Source of the DNA: Balanoglossus misakiensis
Taxonomy: Eukaryota; Animalia; Hemichordata
Length of the DNA: 64,000 nt
Direction: 5' to 3'
Assembly: GCA_040954595.2 (NCBI GenBank)
Contig: CM082594.2
Location: 10,296,296-10,360,295, forward strand
The notes beneath the pieces were generated by a model. That model did not search any database. It was not told the origin of the DNA and saw only the letters and a list, made by a program, of their open reading frames with translations. The first letter of the stretch is position 1, and the number at the start of each line of letters is the position of its first letter. Position numbers and translations under genes: made by a program. Shown here in pieces: positions 39,553 through 53,600 of this stretch.

Positions 39553-40438
39553 CTGAAAAAGCCTTGATGAAAGGGGTTTTGTAAACTTTAAAAGGGCGAA
39601 AAAACAGCTAAATAAAATGAAACAGCGCGGTGTGAAACACTTAAAACAATTGCCCAAGCATATACAAGTACACTCAAGTCTACGCCCCACGTTTGTCACA
39701 GCTGTGACGTTTTGGAGGTGAGAATTAACAGATTTGTCAAGAAAATTTTCGCAAGGTCAAACTTCGGCTCGTATCACGTCTCTCACACCAGTTGCCGATC
39801 TACCAGTGCGTTTTCAGCCACATTCATGATTACACACACATTACCATTCCACGAAACCTACAGATTAGTCAGAAATTCACCTTTTACCTTTCAAGCTGCC
39901 ATCGCCCAAAATGCGACAGCACGTGACAAAATATTTGCGTGGCAAGATACGAGTAGCTATCTATTGTCGAAAATCGAAATCAAAGAAGCCGTCTTGTCTA
40001 TTTTCCCTTGTTTCTAAACACTCCAGCAACCACGGCAAGTCTACACTCCATTCAAGTCGAATCATGGTCGAATCAACTTTAGACTTCTGCATTCCATTTT
40101 CAGCTAGGTGACTCTGGTATGCCCAGCTTTTGAAGTAGCTCCTGAGCTTATCACCACCTACCCTGGGCTAATCAGCGCGAGCACCAGCCAGCCCTTATCA
40201 GCACTGTGTCACCTGTGCAACGACTTATTTAGTGGCGGTAACAAAAACAAGCGTTAGCACAGCCTGTGTAAAGAAACTTGTTGTCTATAAACACAAGAAA
40301 ATTGCGCCTTCAGAATGAAAGACAAACAAAAGCGCAACAATCAAATGATTCAAAAGCAAACTATAAACAATGTTTTTAAAACAAGGTGGTTTTTCAAGAA
40401 AGGACGGGAGAACTGACAAGAGCTGGGAAAAAAGTCCA

Positions 40439-40462
40439 GGTTGGTTGGTTGGTTGGTTGGTT
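40439..40462. repeat. (GGTT)n microsatellite
   Basis: Six units. Confidence 0.9.
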
Positions 40463-43400
40463 TTCGTCGGTAACCACAGCGATGTCCCGCACACTTGGAA
40501 GTCCATTGGCGGCGCGGCGGTCAAATCTCTCCCGGTCTTCAAACCACTTTGTCGTCAGAGCACTTCATCAGGCCTCAGGTAACCTCCGCATAGCTCTGAT
40601 GGACTTCGACTCGCTGATTAGCTTAAAAGGTCTTTCTCTTTTCAAGGTGGGAAAGGCTTCAAATGGTGTGGAATGCGGGCACATAAGATGACCAGGAGGG
40701 GTTTTGGGTCGCCGGCGCCCGAGCACTGTCTATATTACCATATCCGCTCTGCACCACTGCTTCGCTTTCAGTCTTCGTTCTAAACGTTCCTCGGGCTTCG
40801 CCGCTCTCAACATCAAAACGATCGCGCCTGCTCGATGATATATTGATGGCAAAAAACCTCCACACACTGGAGCAGCGGACAACACGACCATTCACGCTGA
40901 AACTTCACCACTGAATGACTTGGAAACGAAAGTCAGTGCACATGCGCAGTCGCCTTGGAGTATTTGCACGGAAATCTCTCCCAATGCGAATGTGGTCAGC
41001 GGGCGCAACACGCCCCATTTTAAAATGTCGGGAATGTTTACACAATGGCGAAGCTCATGACAAGTACGAAGAGTATTAATAGTTTATCAAGTAATGTAAT
41101 TCAGTGTCCCTGCTCAATAGTTGATGGAGCGGTAATAAATTGACCTTTACAGATAGCAGGGCCACGGTGGCAGGGCGCAGTAAACTACTTCTTATCGATT
41201 CGCAATGTACTTCAACTTCTCACGACAAGTGTTGAAGTGCAAATTCCCGCGTCCGCGCGAGAACGCCATCCCTACAGAGACCCCGGGTGCATTGAAATGG
41301 TTGCCGTAAAATGGCTCTTATCTTTCTGGGGGATAAAGTTCTCGTGGTGCCGAACAGGTGAATGCTTGTTCGGTTTAAAACTGATAAGCTTTGCCAAAAG
41401 ATACGCGAGCGATAATGTCGGAAAACGACCATACAGCCTCGTTCGAAGAAGTTACAAGTATCTGCAACTAGGGAGGGGCTCAAGGTACCATCATATTAAA
41501 CAGACATACGAACCGGACAACGCCCATGAACCGATGATATAAGCGTCCACTGCAATTATTGCATATTCACGCACTTGCGCTCTTAGCGTCCCCTCCATAT
41601 TGACGAAAAATCGTCATCCCGATCCCAGACTGATCTGACTCGTAAGACCACAAAAAATCTGCCAAAAAGTTTCACTGCTCGTTGCCATAGCAGCAAGGGT
41701 TTGTAAGCTTAGAATGCGACAATGTTTAGTACCCGCATCACCTAAAGCCGGATAAAAAATGGTCAACGCTAAAAACCTGTCACACATTTCACCGTTGCCA
41801 TAACGATCTCTTAAGTACTGCGGGGCAAAGGTCAGCAGAAGGTGCCTCCTCTCGTCGAGCAAACAAGGCGCTAATAAAATAATAACCATTTAAATTATTT
41901 GAAACGAGATGACATGTTGTCTTTGGTACAATATTAAATCGCTTCATGTCATTATAATAAAGAGGTGTGGTTCCGACGATTACAACTGGAAAAGGAATGC
42001 AGGAAACTAGGTGCTTGGTCGTACAAAAGACCCTTTTGTTTGCAATTATTTCTTTCTGGTATACATTTTAAAATCTTCCTTTCTCTTAGCTGGTTTTCTC
42101 AAAACGAATTCCGGTGATGTAACGTTGTATCACCAAGCACAGGATGTGAAATCTCTCAACTCTGTTATCAACGTTAGGAGCTTGGAAATGTAAAAATGGA
42201 CATATGCTTCAGCGATATAACACCATGCTCAAAGCAGTTTACAACTTGAAAGTTGCTGGCAACTAACTGGAATGCGAACAGAAATGTATTTTTACGTCAG
42301 TAACGCCCTTCAACGATAAAACAATCCAACTTATCTAGACTTGTACAACTCATTATGTAAAATGTTATAACCATTCGATTTGCTGCATGTACAAACTCGA
42401 TATCCGCCCTTTCTCTCCTTTCATCTCGCATTCTATCTTTTATTATCGCGTTGACTTTGCAACCACTATCGAAAACGCCGCTGAGTAGCGTATTTGAATG
42501 AAATGAAAGAACAAAATGGGCAGCTTGTTTCAGACTAGTCAATCACTCAGATATGTTAGTAATTTGCTGGAAGTTCGCGAACAGTGGTACAGAACTCGGA
42601 CAGTCGTTTTCAATTACCCAGGTTTACTTTGATTGCAAATGAAAACATATGCATAGCCTGATGACCATTCGAAGTTTCGCACTGTAAAGTTTGTTTTCGG
42701 GCGGTCTCCCCTGAGGCGCTTACTTTTGCTTACGTAACTGGGATTTGGCGAAGTTTCGCACCGTCCAACAACATTCTATGACAATACGCGTTGTTTAGTT
42801 GAGGTATTTGTGGGAGGGAAATCGCAACAGTTTTGCACAGATTCAAAATTTGGTGAACACCTGTCAGAAGTGTACTTGCTCTCCAGACAAGCACGTCACC
42901 CGAAACACAAGCCGTCACATATTTTCCAACCAAGACGATACATCCATTACAAAACAAGCAATACCTCACCCTGGTGTTATAAATCAACAGCCCTTACAGA
43001 CAATAATGGGATTTATTCGACACAGAAGAAAACGTTCACGCTCTCCACCCCTACAAGCAATGCTGGGGGCGTGCAAGCAAGAATTGTTGGAGCAAAATTC
43101 TGCTGATTTACCTCACTACACGTATACTTGCTCTACAGCAGAAAAAATCAATTGACATTTGATATGGAATTTGTCGCTATTCGCCAAACTTTACACGCTT
43201 TGGTTGGGCCTGACTGACAAAGGAAGACGTTACGTCCCCCTAGGGTACACGCATAAAGCGACCCCAGAAGTCAAACTGTACCTGTTGACAACCGCGTTGT
43301 TTTGTCTTGGATGTAGGACAGCGTCAGTCAGCGAGAACTGTTCCACTCTGTAAACTTTGCTGAAAACAGCAAGTCCGGGCGTTAAAAGACACCACTTGGC

Positions 43401-46400
43401 AGAAACGACACAGTTAGCTGGCTAACGACAATGCCTCGGTTTTTCACTTTTCAAGACGGGATGGCCTTGCCTGGCGGCGAATTCCCGACGATTTCAATGA
43501 CACCGCAGATGTCCTTCAAAACGCAGAACTTTTCTCGACCGAACAATCGTCTAGGCACCTGTCCCTTTTCAGCAGCAAACAACGAATGCCTCGTTGAGGT
43601 GTTGCGCATCGCTGATAAAGGGGCGATTTTGCGGTAGATAATAAGGTCGCCGTTGGGGGCGCTACTTACAAGTCAGCTGGCCGGTCATTCAGCCATATGA
43701 ACGTCAATTTATACAACTATCAAGTTTGAATCAAGAATCATGGATTTCGGGGTTTATACGTAAATTTTACAGGTTCTTCAAAGTGAGTCTGGACATGAAC
43801 TACATGGCACACACGTTCGAGAAAGCAATAATACACTGTACATGCGATATATGCACACTGTACACCTGGGACATTTATGTACAGACTTGTCATGGATATT
43901 TCATAGCCGCAATCAAAACCTAGACAACCAAACGAACAGTACCGAATGAAACAAACAATTACAAGTCCGAAGAATAAAGGTTTCATCAGTAGCAACGCTG
44001 ACTGAAACAATGGAACTCAACTCTCGAGGGGGGTGGAATTATTAATCAGGCCACACTCGTGATGTGTTGAGGGTTCCGATTCTAGGCAAATTTCAAGTGT
44101 TTTTCAACCGTTTCTAGACAGGGCTTGCTTGGAGACAAGTGGACAATGGGGATTGTTATATGCTGTACCACTTCACGACTAGATCTACTCGCAAGTAAAT
44201 CTAAACGTCCGGAGAACGTTCAATAATAGTAACTCCACACTATAAATCGTTCAAAATATACGACAGAAAAGACTAGTGTGTCAACACCGAGTTCACCAAA
44301 TCATTTTAAATAGCACAGGCACACACAGAACTTTTCGACTGTCACCTGGTTTCACAACACGCAGAGTCGCCTTCAAGTTAAAAACTTTGTGACAGTCGAG
44401 GTTCTGTTTTTCAGGTGAGAACTGAAGATTCCGACTTTTCCCACGTAACGTTACGTAAACTCGCCATAGAGGGCAGCCACTTTGCACCGATTTTGCTGCA
44501 ACCCACAGTTGTATCATGGCGATTCCATTTACCAGCAAAAACAAAGACAATATCACTAACTCCAGAAAACACATACGATCATTTGCACAAACAGCAATCA
44601 TGGGGCCCAAGCAACCGACAACTTTTCCGTCTACTTTCTTCCCGTTGACCTTGACTGAAAACGGCGGGGTCACCACGCAGCAGTCAGATCATTTCCGTCT
44701 CTCGCTCGCCGAGCGCTAATCTCTCGACAAATTGAAGACATTTTCATTCAAACACACGAGAAATTGTTTGGGAGGGGCACAACCGCGTTCAAACGACACT
44801 CCCCGTCGCGAGTTCAATAGTAGTTATTTTTGGAAGTCTCATTGTTGCTTTGGAAAACGACTGAAAGGGAACTACCCACTTGTATTTTACTCTTGGTCAT
44901 CTGGCGCCATTTACCACCAGTAAAAGGCGATGCGTGACTATAATAAAGACTTGAACGATGTGATTTGACCAGTGGGATTGGCGCGGCGCCATATAGCGAC
45001 TATCTCAGCAACATCGGGACTTCATTGACACAGAAAACCAAATGCCAGGTCACTGTATTCATTAACTGAATTTCAACGATGTTGCCATCTGTTTATATAG
45101 GGGTCACCACAGGTCTTCACATAAGCCCTGATAGTATCTATATATCCTGATGAAAACGAGTATTTTTGGAGGAATTTGTCACATTTTGGGAAAATAAACA
45201 TACTAACACCCTCACATGTGGTTGTCAAAGGTCATTACACACAATATTATCAAAAGATCTTCAATGTCACGACTACACTCCAAAATTAGCAGATGCCTCA
45301 CATTAATAAAAGGAAATCTGGTGTGCGCTGGTCATTTCTCCTAATTTGAATTTAAGATTTTATTAATTAATTTGACGCATCTCTCACAATGGCGAGCCAG
45401 TTTGTTGAAACACGTTTCTATTCAAATGAGTGGCAAAATATGCAAACGTTATCATTCATAATCGCCATTTGACGACCAATGACAATGGCGGATATGCATT
45501 CGTTTGTAATTCCGATGCACAGATGTTCAGTAGTGGTAATATATTGGTTAAAAGTGACTTACCATATTCTGGGTCGACTGGACCAAAATGGTTACAAAAA
45601 ATACACGCGGTCGACGCCTACTGCGCGGTGTCGTATTACCACGAACCTATCTCGTTCTAAAAATAACGCATGGTGTTTGGAACTACCGAGGGGAGAAACT
45701 GCGCACGTCCGTCCATGGCGGAAAGAGGCCCCGTCATGATTCGTTCAAGGATACGACTGCTTTAATACGCACCGCCGCTACGATGGGACCCACACTCATT
45801 CAAGTGACACACAATTACTCACAGCCCAGTGAAGCCGCTGCTCACAATAGACGAGGTTGCCTCCGCGCTGTGACTACAGATAGACAAAAGTGATATATAT
45901 GTAGCATACATGATACAGAACACTGGTGAATTTCTTCACCATGTACAGTTTGGTGCACGGTGGCGTGGCACTTATCCGCTTTTCAATCCGCGAGGACTCA
46001 ATAAAATAATTTAAAGCGATGGAATGTACTGTACCAGTTATAATATCGTGTTACTATTACTGCGCCTGGTCAACGGAACAATAGGAAGCCGCCCATGCTG
46101 TGTTAAAATGTACAAGCTGACGCCAAGGCTATATTTTTCCCTGCAGCAGCAGCAGCCGTGTGGCAATTTCAAACCTTTCGCCACGGAAGATGGAGAACTA
46201 TGCCGAAATGGACGCTTTCAATCAACAACCAGCGACCAACAACCACGTTCGGTGTCGAACAGAAGCAGCGAGAAATCGAATTCGCAACACACTCACCCGG
46301 TTCACGCCCATTTTCTGATGGTGAAATTTCCTCCGCCGAGCCATGCGGCCACACCACCACACACCATCAGAGCACTACGTCATGAGAGCGTGACTGTTCC

Positions 46401-47571
46401 TATAGCGCATGCGTGTCAACACCGAAGGTCATATGCTGAACACGGTGACACTCGTGACCTATTCCAGATGGTGTCTTTTAAATTCAAAACCATCCTACAA
46501 TCCGGATAAATAAAAAATGTGCTGTCAAAACACACATCAAATATAACCACACTTCAATATTCTATATGCGTAACCGCCCCTGAAACTGCCGAAACCGTCG
46601 GCAAGTATTAATATAAAATAGGAAAATCAATAAATTCAAATTTTAAAGGCAAATGGGATAGGATTGCAGTATTTGGATGATACAACCGATAGTTTTTTAG
46701 ACATTATGCTGGATTGAATTAAATATGTCGCGCGCACCTCTGCTATATCACCCATGACCTCGCCGTGTTCAACTTGAATAACTTAACTTTTAATCCAACC
46801 GACTTCCATTCGATTTGAAGCTCAACATTTATCATACATCTGATCATATCATTGTCATTTTTCCATCAATGAGATGAGCTTTCTCTCTCTGTCCCCCTCT
46901 CTCTCTCACACACAAACACTCACTCCCCCTCTTTTTGCTGCTCGCTGATCTTCATTCGCGAACTAACGCGGAACCACGTGATTATAAGATATGTAGCCTT
47001 GTTTTGGTATTGATAATTGCAAAAAAGATATTACGGGTTTTATAAATGGACGTCAGGTGTTCTTGTACAAGTAGTCGGTCGCAAATGACAGCGACTTATA
47101 CCGTGTAACGAGAAAGTAGAGTTTTAGACACGCAACGTTCTCCTTACAAAGAACAAATTGATGAGAATTTATCCATTTAGTGGGGTTTCTGGCGAAGCTT
47201 TCCAACCACGATTACATCACTAAAACCGGTTCTGTGCTATGTCGTTTGTATCGGCACTGAATACAAATTGCCTTTTACTTGTCAATTTAGAGTCCAAATT
47301 ACCGTTTAAATTGCCCCACTGTAGTGCTGGCCATTTACGGTGGCGTTTTATTTGGAAGCGGAAATGGGCAACGATGTCATATGTGATCAATGGTTACGAA
47401 TACAGACGAAGGAGATTGTCCACAGCAAGGTTATTTCTGTATACGTGTCTACTGATATCGGTGAATGTGTTTACTTGTTTGACAAGGGGAGTGGGAACAC
47501 ACGTTTGGGATTCGATGAAAATGTTTCTTAAAAGAACATTAACAGACAGCAAAAGCTGTCCAAAGTGAAGT

Positions 47572-47640
47572 GCAGTACAGTACAGCGTTACAGTACAAAA
47601 CAGTACAGTACAGCACAACACAGTACAGTACAGTGCACAG
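47572..47640. repeat. Degenerate (CAGTA)n pentanucleotide repeat
   Basis: cagtacagtacagcgttacagtacaaaacagtacagtacagcac... Confidence 0.85.
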
Positions 47641-50600
47641 TCACCAAATTTACAAATCGAACTTCATTTTCCTGTGTTGCCGTGACGCACGACTGTGACT
47701 CCATATGCAAGTGACCCCATTTTCTCAAATCGATAGCGATTTTGTAATAAAACACAAGGCATCATTAGGAACGAGGGAACGAGAAACATTAAAGCATTGG
47801 AATTACAGCCTATCACAGCAGACATGTAATTCACGGAGTTCCGCGTAATATCCGCCTTTACATTGCATCGGCAATATCACGATACTGTGTAATATTTTCC
47901 ATAAAAAGACGTTAAGTGTAAGAAAGGGCGATTGAATCTGACGAATTAACGGGCTGAGAATGGCGGAAATAATGATTTGGTTGTGTCAGCAATTTGTGCG
48001 GATTTTCATGATGCCATCCAAAGTGAATTACGGATATATGACATATATCGGACCTCCGGCTCCAGTTCGAAAATCCAGCTGCACAAACATGCCGACTATA
48101 CCGAGAATACATGAATGTGGACCTAAACACAGCTCTATATAGCTACAGCGATTCTGCGTGTTTCAACACCAGTGAAAATGGAGAGATTCGATGCTGGCTG
48201 CTGCATACCCGGATGTAGTCACCGAAAACGGCTGCATGAATCGTCCATATGAAAAAAAATTCCATGTACGTGTGTATAAACACCTTTCGTTTCTCCTAAA
48301 ACAATTTTCTGTGTCACCAAACAACATCGAACCCTGAATGCCCCAAACTCCGTATCTTGTCGGACGATCAAAAAACGCGCTTGCTTTTATTTTTCTTCTT
48401 TCCTACTTGAATTTGCAGTGTTCTCCAATGACTATAAATCATACATCAGTTGACAACTTTTCGAATTAATGATTCATCAAACCTCCCCACGTTCCGTGAT
48501 ATTCTCATTCCTCAAGTATGTCAGTGATGGACTTATGAATTGAAAAAAGTGATGGTTGTATACTGCATTATTCTTCTGAATTTTTTCTAAATTTAAAATG
48601 TTCACAGTTCATCTTCTCTCACGCACAAAATTCGTTATCAGAGGGCCCCCATGGTTGAAGAAATTAACACTTTAATTGTGTTGCACAAAACGTGCATTTT
48701 AATTGATATTATTCATTCAGTGTTGATTGACAGCCCCCATGTCGACTGATTGTTGATAGACAATATCGATCTTTTCAAATTTCATGATCCCGTGGTTAAT
48801 TGAGTTTATGGTTTATACCGAAATTATGATGCCGATTTCTGAGGGGACCAGCACTATCTGCACGAAGATAACTGACTCGGAGGAAGTCAGAACCTGTATA
48901 AGCTTTTCAAAAGATACAATCCGCCCGGCTTATCATAGAAGCCACTCTTTCCTGAAGTATACCCGCCTTCCTAAAAGGTACAATGAACTTCCTCATTTGT
49001 GATATGACCATACTGTCAGATTTGTAACTTATAACTAGAACAGGAAAAATTCCATCGCGTCGCGGCGGCCATGTTTAGGAGAGGGAGAGGTCATCATGAT
49101 GACATGACGGTTTGAATTATATTCAAAACAATGAATATCATTTACATACTAATTAATTCCGATTCCATAACCGATTATTTTTTATATCTAATGAGTAATT
49201 AATATTTAATTGGAAGGAATGCTTGCTTCCCGGCGAGGATTTACTGATATTTGACAACGTTCAACTGGGAAGTTATGCAGAGAATGTGTACAATACAGGA
49301 GAACGCCGCACCTGAAAATTGTTGAACAAGGTGAAATACGAAATCTGTTGCTAGGTGATTATTGTTCACCTGTTCCCTTCTACACGTTTTTATAAAGCGG
49401 AATTTTAGTCCGAAATAAAAGCAACGCTATCAACACAACGACACAGTCGAACGATTGTGAAACGCCGGCCAGACTCTTCCCTTTTCGACCGAATTCAAAC
49501 TACGTATATATATGAACGACAATTTCAGCCTGAGCCCAGACTGACGCCCGTTTCCATTTGCGAAATCTAGAAGTCGTTACTGTATAATATGTTTTAGTCA
49601 GTATATTTCGGATCCACTGACATTGTCAGAAGTCGGTCGGTGTCGCTGATGATTAACGAGAAAATTCAAATTTTGAAATTTCTAGGCCTAATGAAACGAA
49701 ACCGAGAGCGAGAGGCAAAGTGTAAAATGATGCCACGGTTTGCCCTTGTTTACTAGTACCGGCGACAAGACTTAAAAATTCACAACATCGACGTGAAGAT
49801 TGTAAATAACATTTGTCATTGAGCACCATCTTAGATGACATGATCACCTCCGAAGAACAACAGATACACCTAGGCCGGTTTCTTTCCCCCAAAAGTGCAA
49901 ACGAGGTCGTCAAATTCAAATAAAGATACAACTTTTCAGTTTCATGCCACACCCTTCACGTTTTCATATCCATTTTCAATCTGTACTCTTTATGTCAACT
50001 GTTAGCATAACTAATTTCTGTCGAGCGACGGCAGTGTTGGTGTCTACCATATTATTACAGTTTAAGCGTTTCTTTGTCAAATAATATCGAAAGCCATCCT
50101 TATCCTCTCAAAATAACCCGCCAAATGACGTTACTAAATTTATCACCAAATGCATATCTTTATCAATATAATTCAGTCGCTAGGAAGCAAAGGCGCGCAA
50201 AGAATATATGATGGTACCAGCATCATAGGGCGAATGCAAAGTGTGTCAACACAGGACTGTCGGTTTCTGTATCCAGGAATTTCAAATTTACATGGCTAGG
50301 TTCATAAATTGTCCGATGAGACGATATACTCTCTTCATATTTGTTTATGTGAATTTATTTGTCGACCGAATTGTACCCTTTGTGACAAATTCCGTCTCTT
50401 ATAGCAAAACTGCGAAATGAGAAGTGAGAGGTGGAATGACTACAACGACAATAATGAAAAAAAATACTTATCTGCGACAAAATACTTGCATATCCCCTTT
50501 AGTATCGTTCAATTGAATTACTTAGCTGACAACACAGAGAAGTATGCGCTGTTAATCCACTAAATTATCAGATATGTCAACTTCAAATTTTTCGGAGTCT

Positions 50601-53600
50601 CACTCGGAAAGGTACAGGCTGCAGCAGCTTAAATTTCAAAGGGTGTGACAGAACCTTGGAAGAATATCATTCGATTTTCCGCTTGTCCACATCCCTTCCC
50701 TGAAACCAAGATGGCACTTGAATAAGCCCCGAACTATCAGAAATTATCAGCAAACAGTGTAAATACCTTTTTGTCATGGCGGTGGCATTAACCATCGGAA
50801 CTCGTTTGAAAAGCGTCGCACAGCGAAGTCCTTGCATGGAAATGTTTTAATGAGTGGATCGCGAGGTACAATCTGTCACGTGACATGAAACCTCGATCCA
50901 GAACCAGCTAATTAAATTCAGCGCTCCGTGCGAGATCAGGTGCGCTTCTGAAAAAAACCCACACTCATGTCTCGTACATGGACGGCATATATTCTGTGTA
51001 TATCAAGTTGACAGCTGCAAGTGAACCCGGGTGGTGAACGATGTACCGGGAAGTCACGTTCTATCAGGTCGAAACCTGCATAGACTAACTCTATGTACTA
51101 CCTGTTTGTTTTTAAAAACGTTTCCGCAAAATTCTTCATTAGTTTCATATCTGGACGCGTAAAGATATACTCAAAGCATTGTCAAATGTCAATAAAAACT
51201 GTTGTTAATCGTGTATGGAAATACTAGTGCCCCGGACTAGTGCCCTATAGGTATTGGTCACCAATCATATAGTGCAGAGTTTTATTTTCAACAACGAACA
51301 CGGATAAACGAATTCAAGGCTCGTTTCGCAGTATTGTTGAATTTCCATATACATGTACATGTAATGCCATCTGGTAGGCGGGATACATATGTGTGGCATG
51401 AAAGCGTCCTTCACGAAAATTCCGAACGCTCCTATCATAGCTGAGATATTTTTAACACGATTTCAGGATCTTTTGTTTTGTTTCATAACTCGTGCTATTT
51501 TCACTTCCTGTAATGACGTCATCCGTCGATTCTTTTCTGGCATTGTAAGTTAACTTTTAGATTAAACGTGTGCAGACTTGATGTTTAAAATGGGACAATT
51601 AACTTAGGATGTTCCGCTTTCGACTGTAAATTAAATCCGTTTTTTATGGTAGCAGTTAGGCTATGAGTAATGGTACCGGGAACAGAGCATGCGCACACAC
51701 ACAATGCAGTAAAGACTCGTTTATGAGTGGATATGGGCATTCCCTGTGGATCTCGAGCTGCACGTATCGTCTCCTTGAATTTGGAGGACGTTTCTAAGGG
51801 GATAATCAGCGAGTGGGGGCGGTAGTCGAGCGACTTCCTCTCATTCAGGCCCACCACTCAGCTGCGAGGCGCATGTGCGAACGAAAGAATTTGACAAGCA
51901 AAGAGAAATATGTCAGAAATTCTAATAATTTATGGAATTAATTAAGTTCTGCTTAGGCACCATATAGACTGTCGTATTCACGTCATATATGTCGATTTCA
52001 TTTGGGTGACACTTTTAGAGGGAGAGACCACGTGATAGAAACGAACATAAGGGTGTGAGCAACTTACATTTACACAAAAATCGTCCTGCCATTCAAATTT
52101 CCAGTTAGCCCACGCTTCGTTGAAGCTTCCCCGTGATATAGTTTGAACAATGTTGTATTAAACAGCACGGTTTCACGGAAACAAAGTTGATGTTGTGGGC
52201 AAAGTATCATAAGACTACTCATTGTATACAAATAATTCCTAGAAGTGGTACATAATAATTGTTTTAATCGGTCGTTTGGTTGGTTGAAAACGCCCTTTCA
52301 AGTAGTGTCTTTGTTTTTGTGTGACAGGGGAAATAAAAGTCGTTATCTCGACTCTCAATAACGCTTGACTGGACATGAACATGGAGACATAGCGTGACGA
52401 TTGATATCAAGTCGTGAACGTGCGTTATGCAAGTTGGCATGCCTCTACTGCGCATGTGTCCAATGTGAGTGATTTAGACTGATAGCACGCTACTCGAATG
52501 ATCAGAAACCTATAACATTTTGACGGTATACTGCTTACATTTACCTACTTTAAGAAAAATAACGCTATTAACCAAAAATCATTAGGACCATTAAAGGCAT
52601 TTTAGGATATAGAATCAGATAATAGTAATCTAAAACTACGCTGTGGGGATGCATGTTGGAGTAATTGTAATTTCATAACTGTTTTCAAAAATCACTTCAG
52701 AAGCCTTTCATAAAACGACGAATGGAAAAAAATAACGTTTTTAAGTTGTATTCTACAAGGGAATATTTCCTACAAAATTCTTGAACATCGAGCATAGCAC
52801 GTGGCAACGCCTTGAAACTCAATACATGCATAATGTTTGCATAATTATTTGAATTTTAAATATCACTCTAATAGCATTCATGAGAATTATTTTGCCCTTC
52901 AATTAATCGTGCAACGACGATGAGTAATATCTCAAAACTCTAGAGATTGAACTTATCTTAACTCAATCCCATAATTCCCTCAACTGAACGGTGAGGCCAC
53001 ATCGGGCAAGTACTTCTCAGATGCTGAGTGTCTCTGGCAAATTAAACTTTCGGAGACATTTCGGGACCTGCTGGCCATCTATAAGCATCAGAAATGGAAC
53101 CGATACATCACTCCAACGCCATAGGCAGTGCAACCCAAGAACTTATCGTCTGCAAACTGCACGCGTGATATATTAACCTGGCCAGTAATAGGGCAATTAA
53201 GAATTTACGTCACGCGCCTTTGAGAAAAGAACGCCCAGCCGACTCAGATCGGTGTTGGATTGAGGGGAGGGGGGGGGGGGCAAAGTCAGATTCGTGGAAG
53301 CTGACGAAAGATATCAGCAAAATTTTGTGAAATTATGCGAAATCTGCACTGTTATATCATATGCTACCTCGTGAAGATCAACCGTCCTGTCCCTCAGCAG
53401 AACACGTGACCAATTGACCATATGCGGGGAACTTCTATTCATGAAGTGCGCATGAGCAGTATTCTTGCTGGCCTGCAAGTATCGCATCCCACAATTTACA
53501 CGTGGCGTTTTTGTTTTATATGAATATTATATATTCTGTTTTCCGCTCTTTTTCTCTTGAGAATCTTGGATATCTTTTGAATAATTTTAAGTGGGATTCC

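Noticed and set aside
40191-40212. 11-nt match to the miR-184 3' end (GCCCTTATCAG)
   Set aside because: No seed and no hairpin. It is probably a GATA site or chance.
44401-44420. Plus-strand AG|GTGAGA motifs (also ~63010)
   Set aside because: The pyrimidine tracts are short and there is no other evidence of plus-strand transcription.
46024-46509. 161-aa ORF, the longest in the unique region
   Set aside because: No recognisable domain or partner exons, and the length is attainable by chance.
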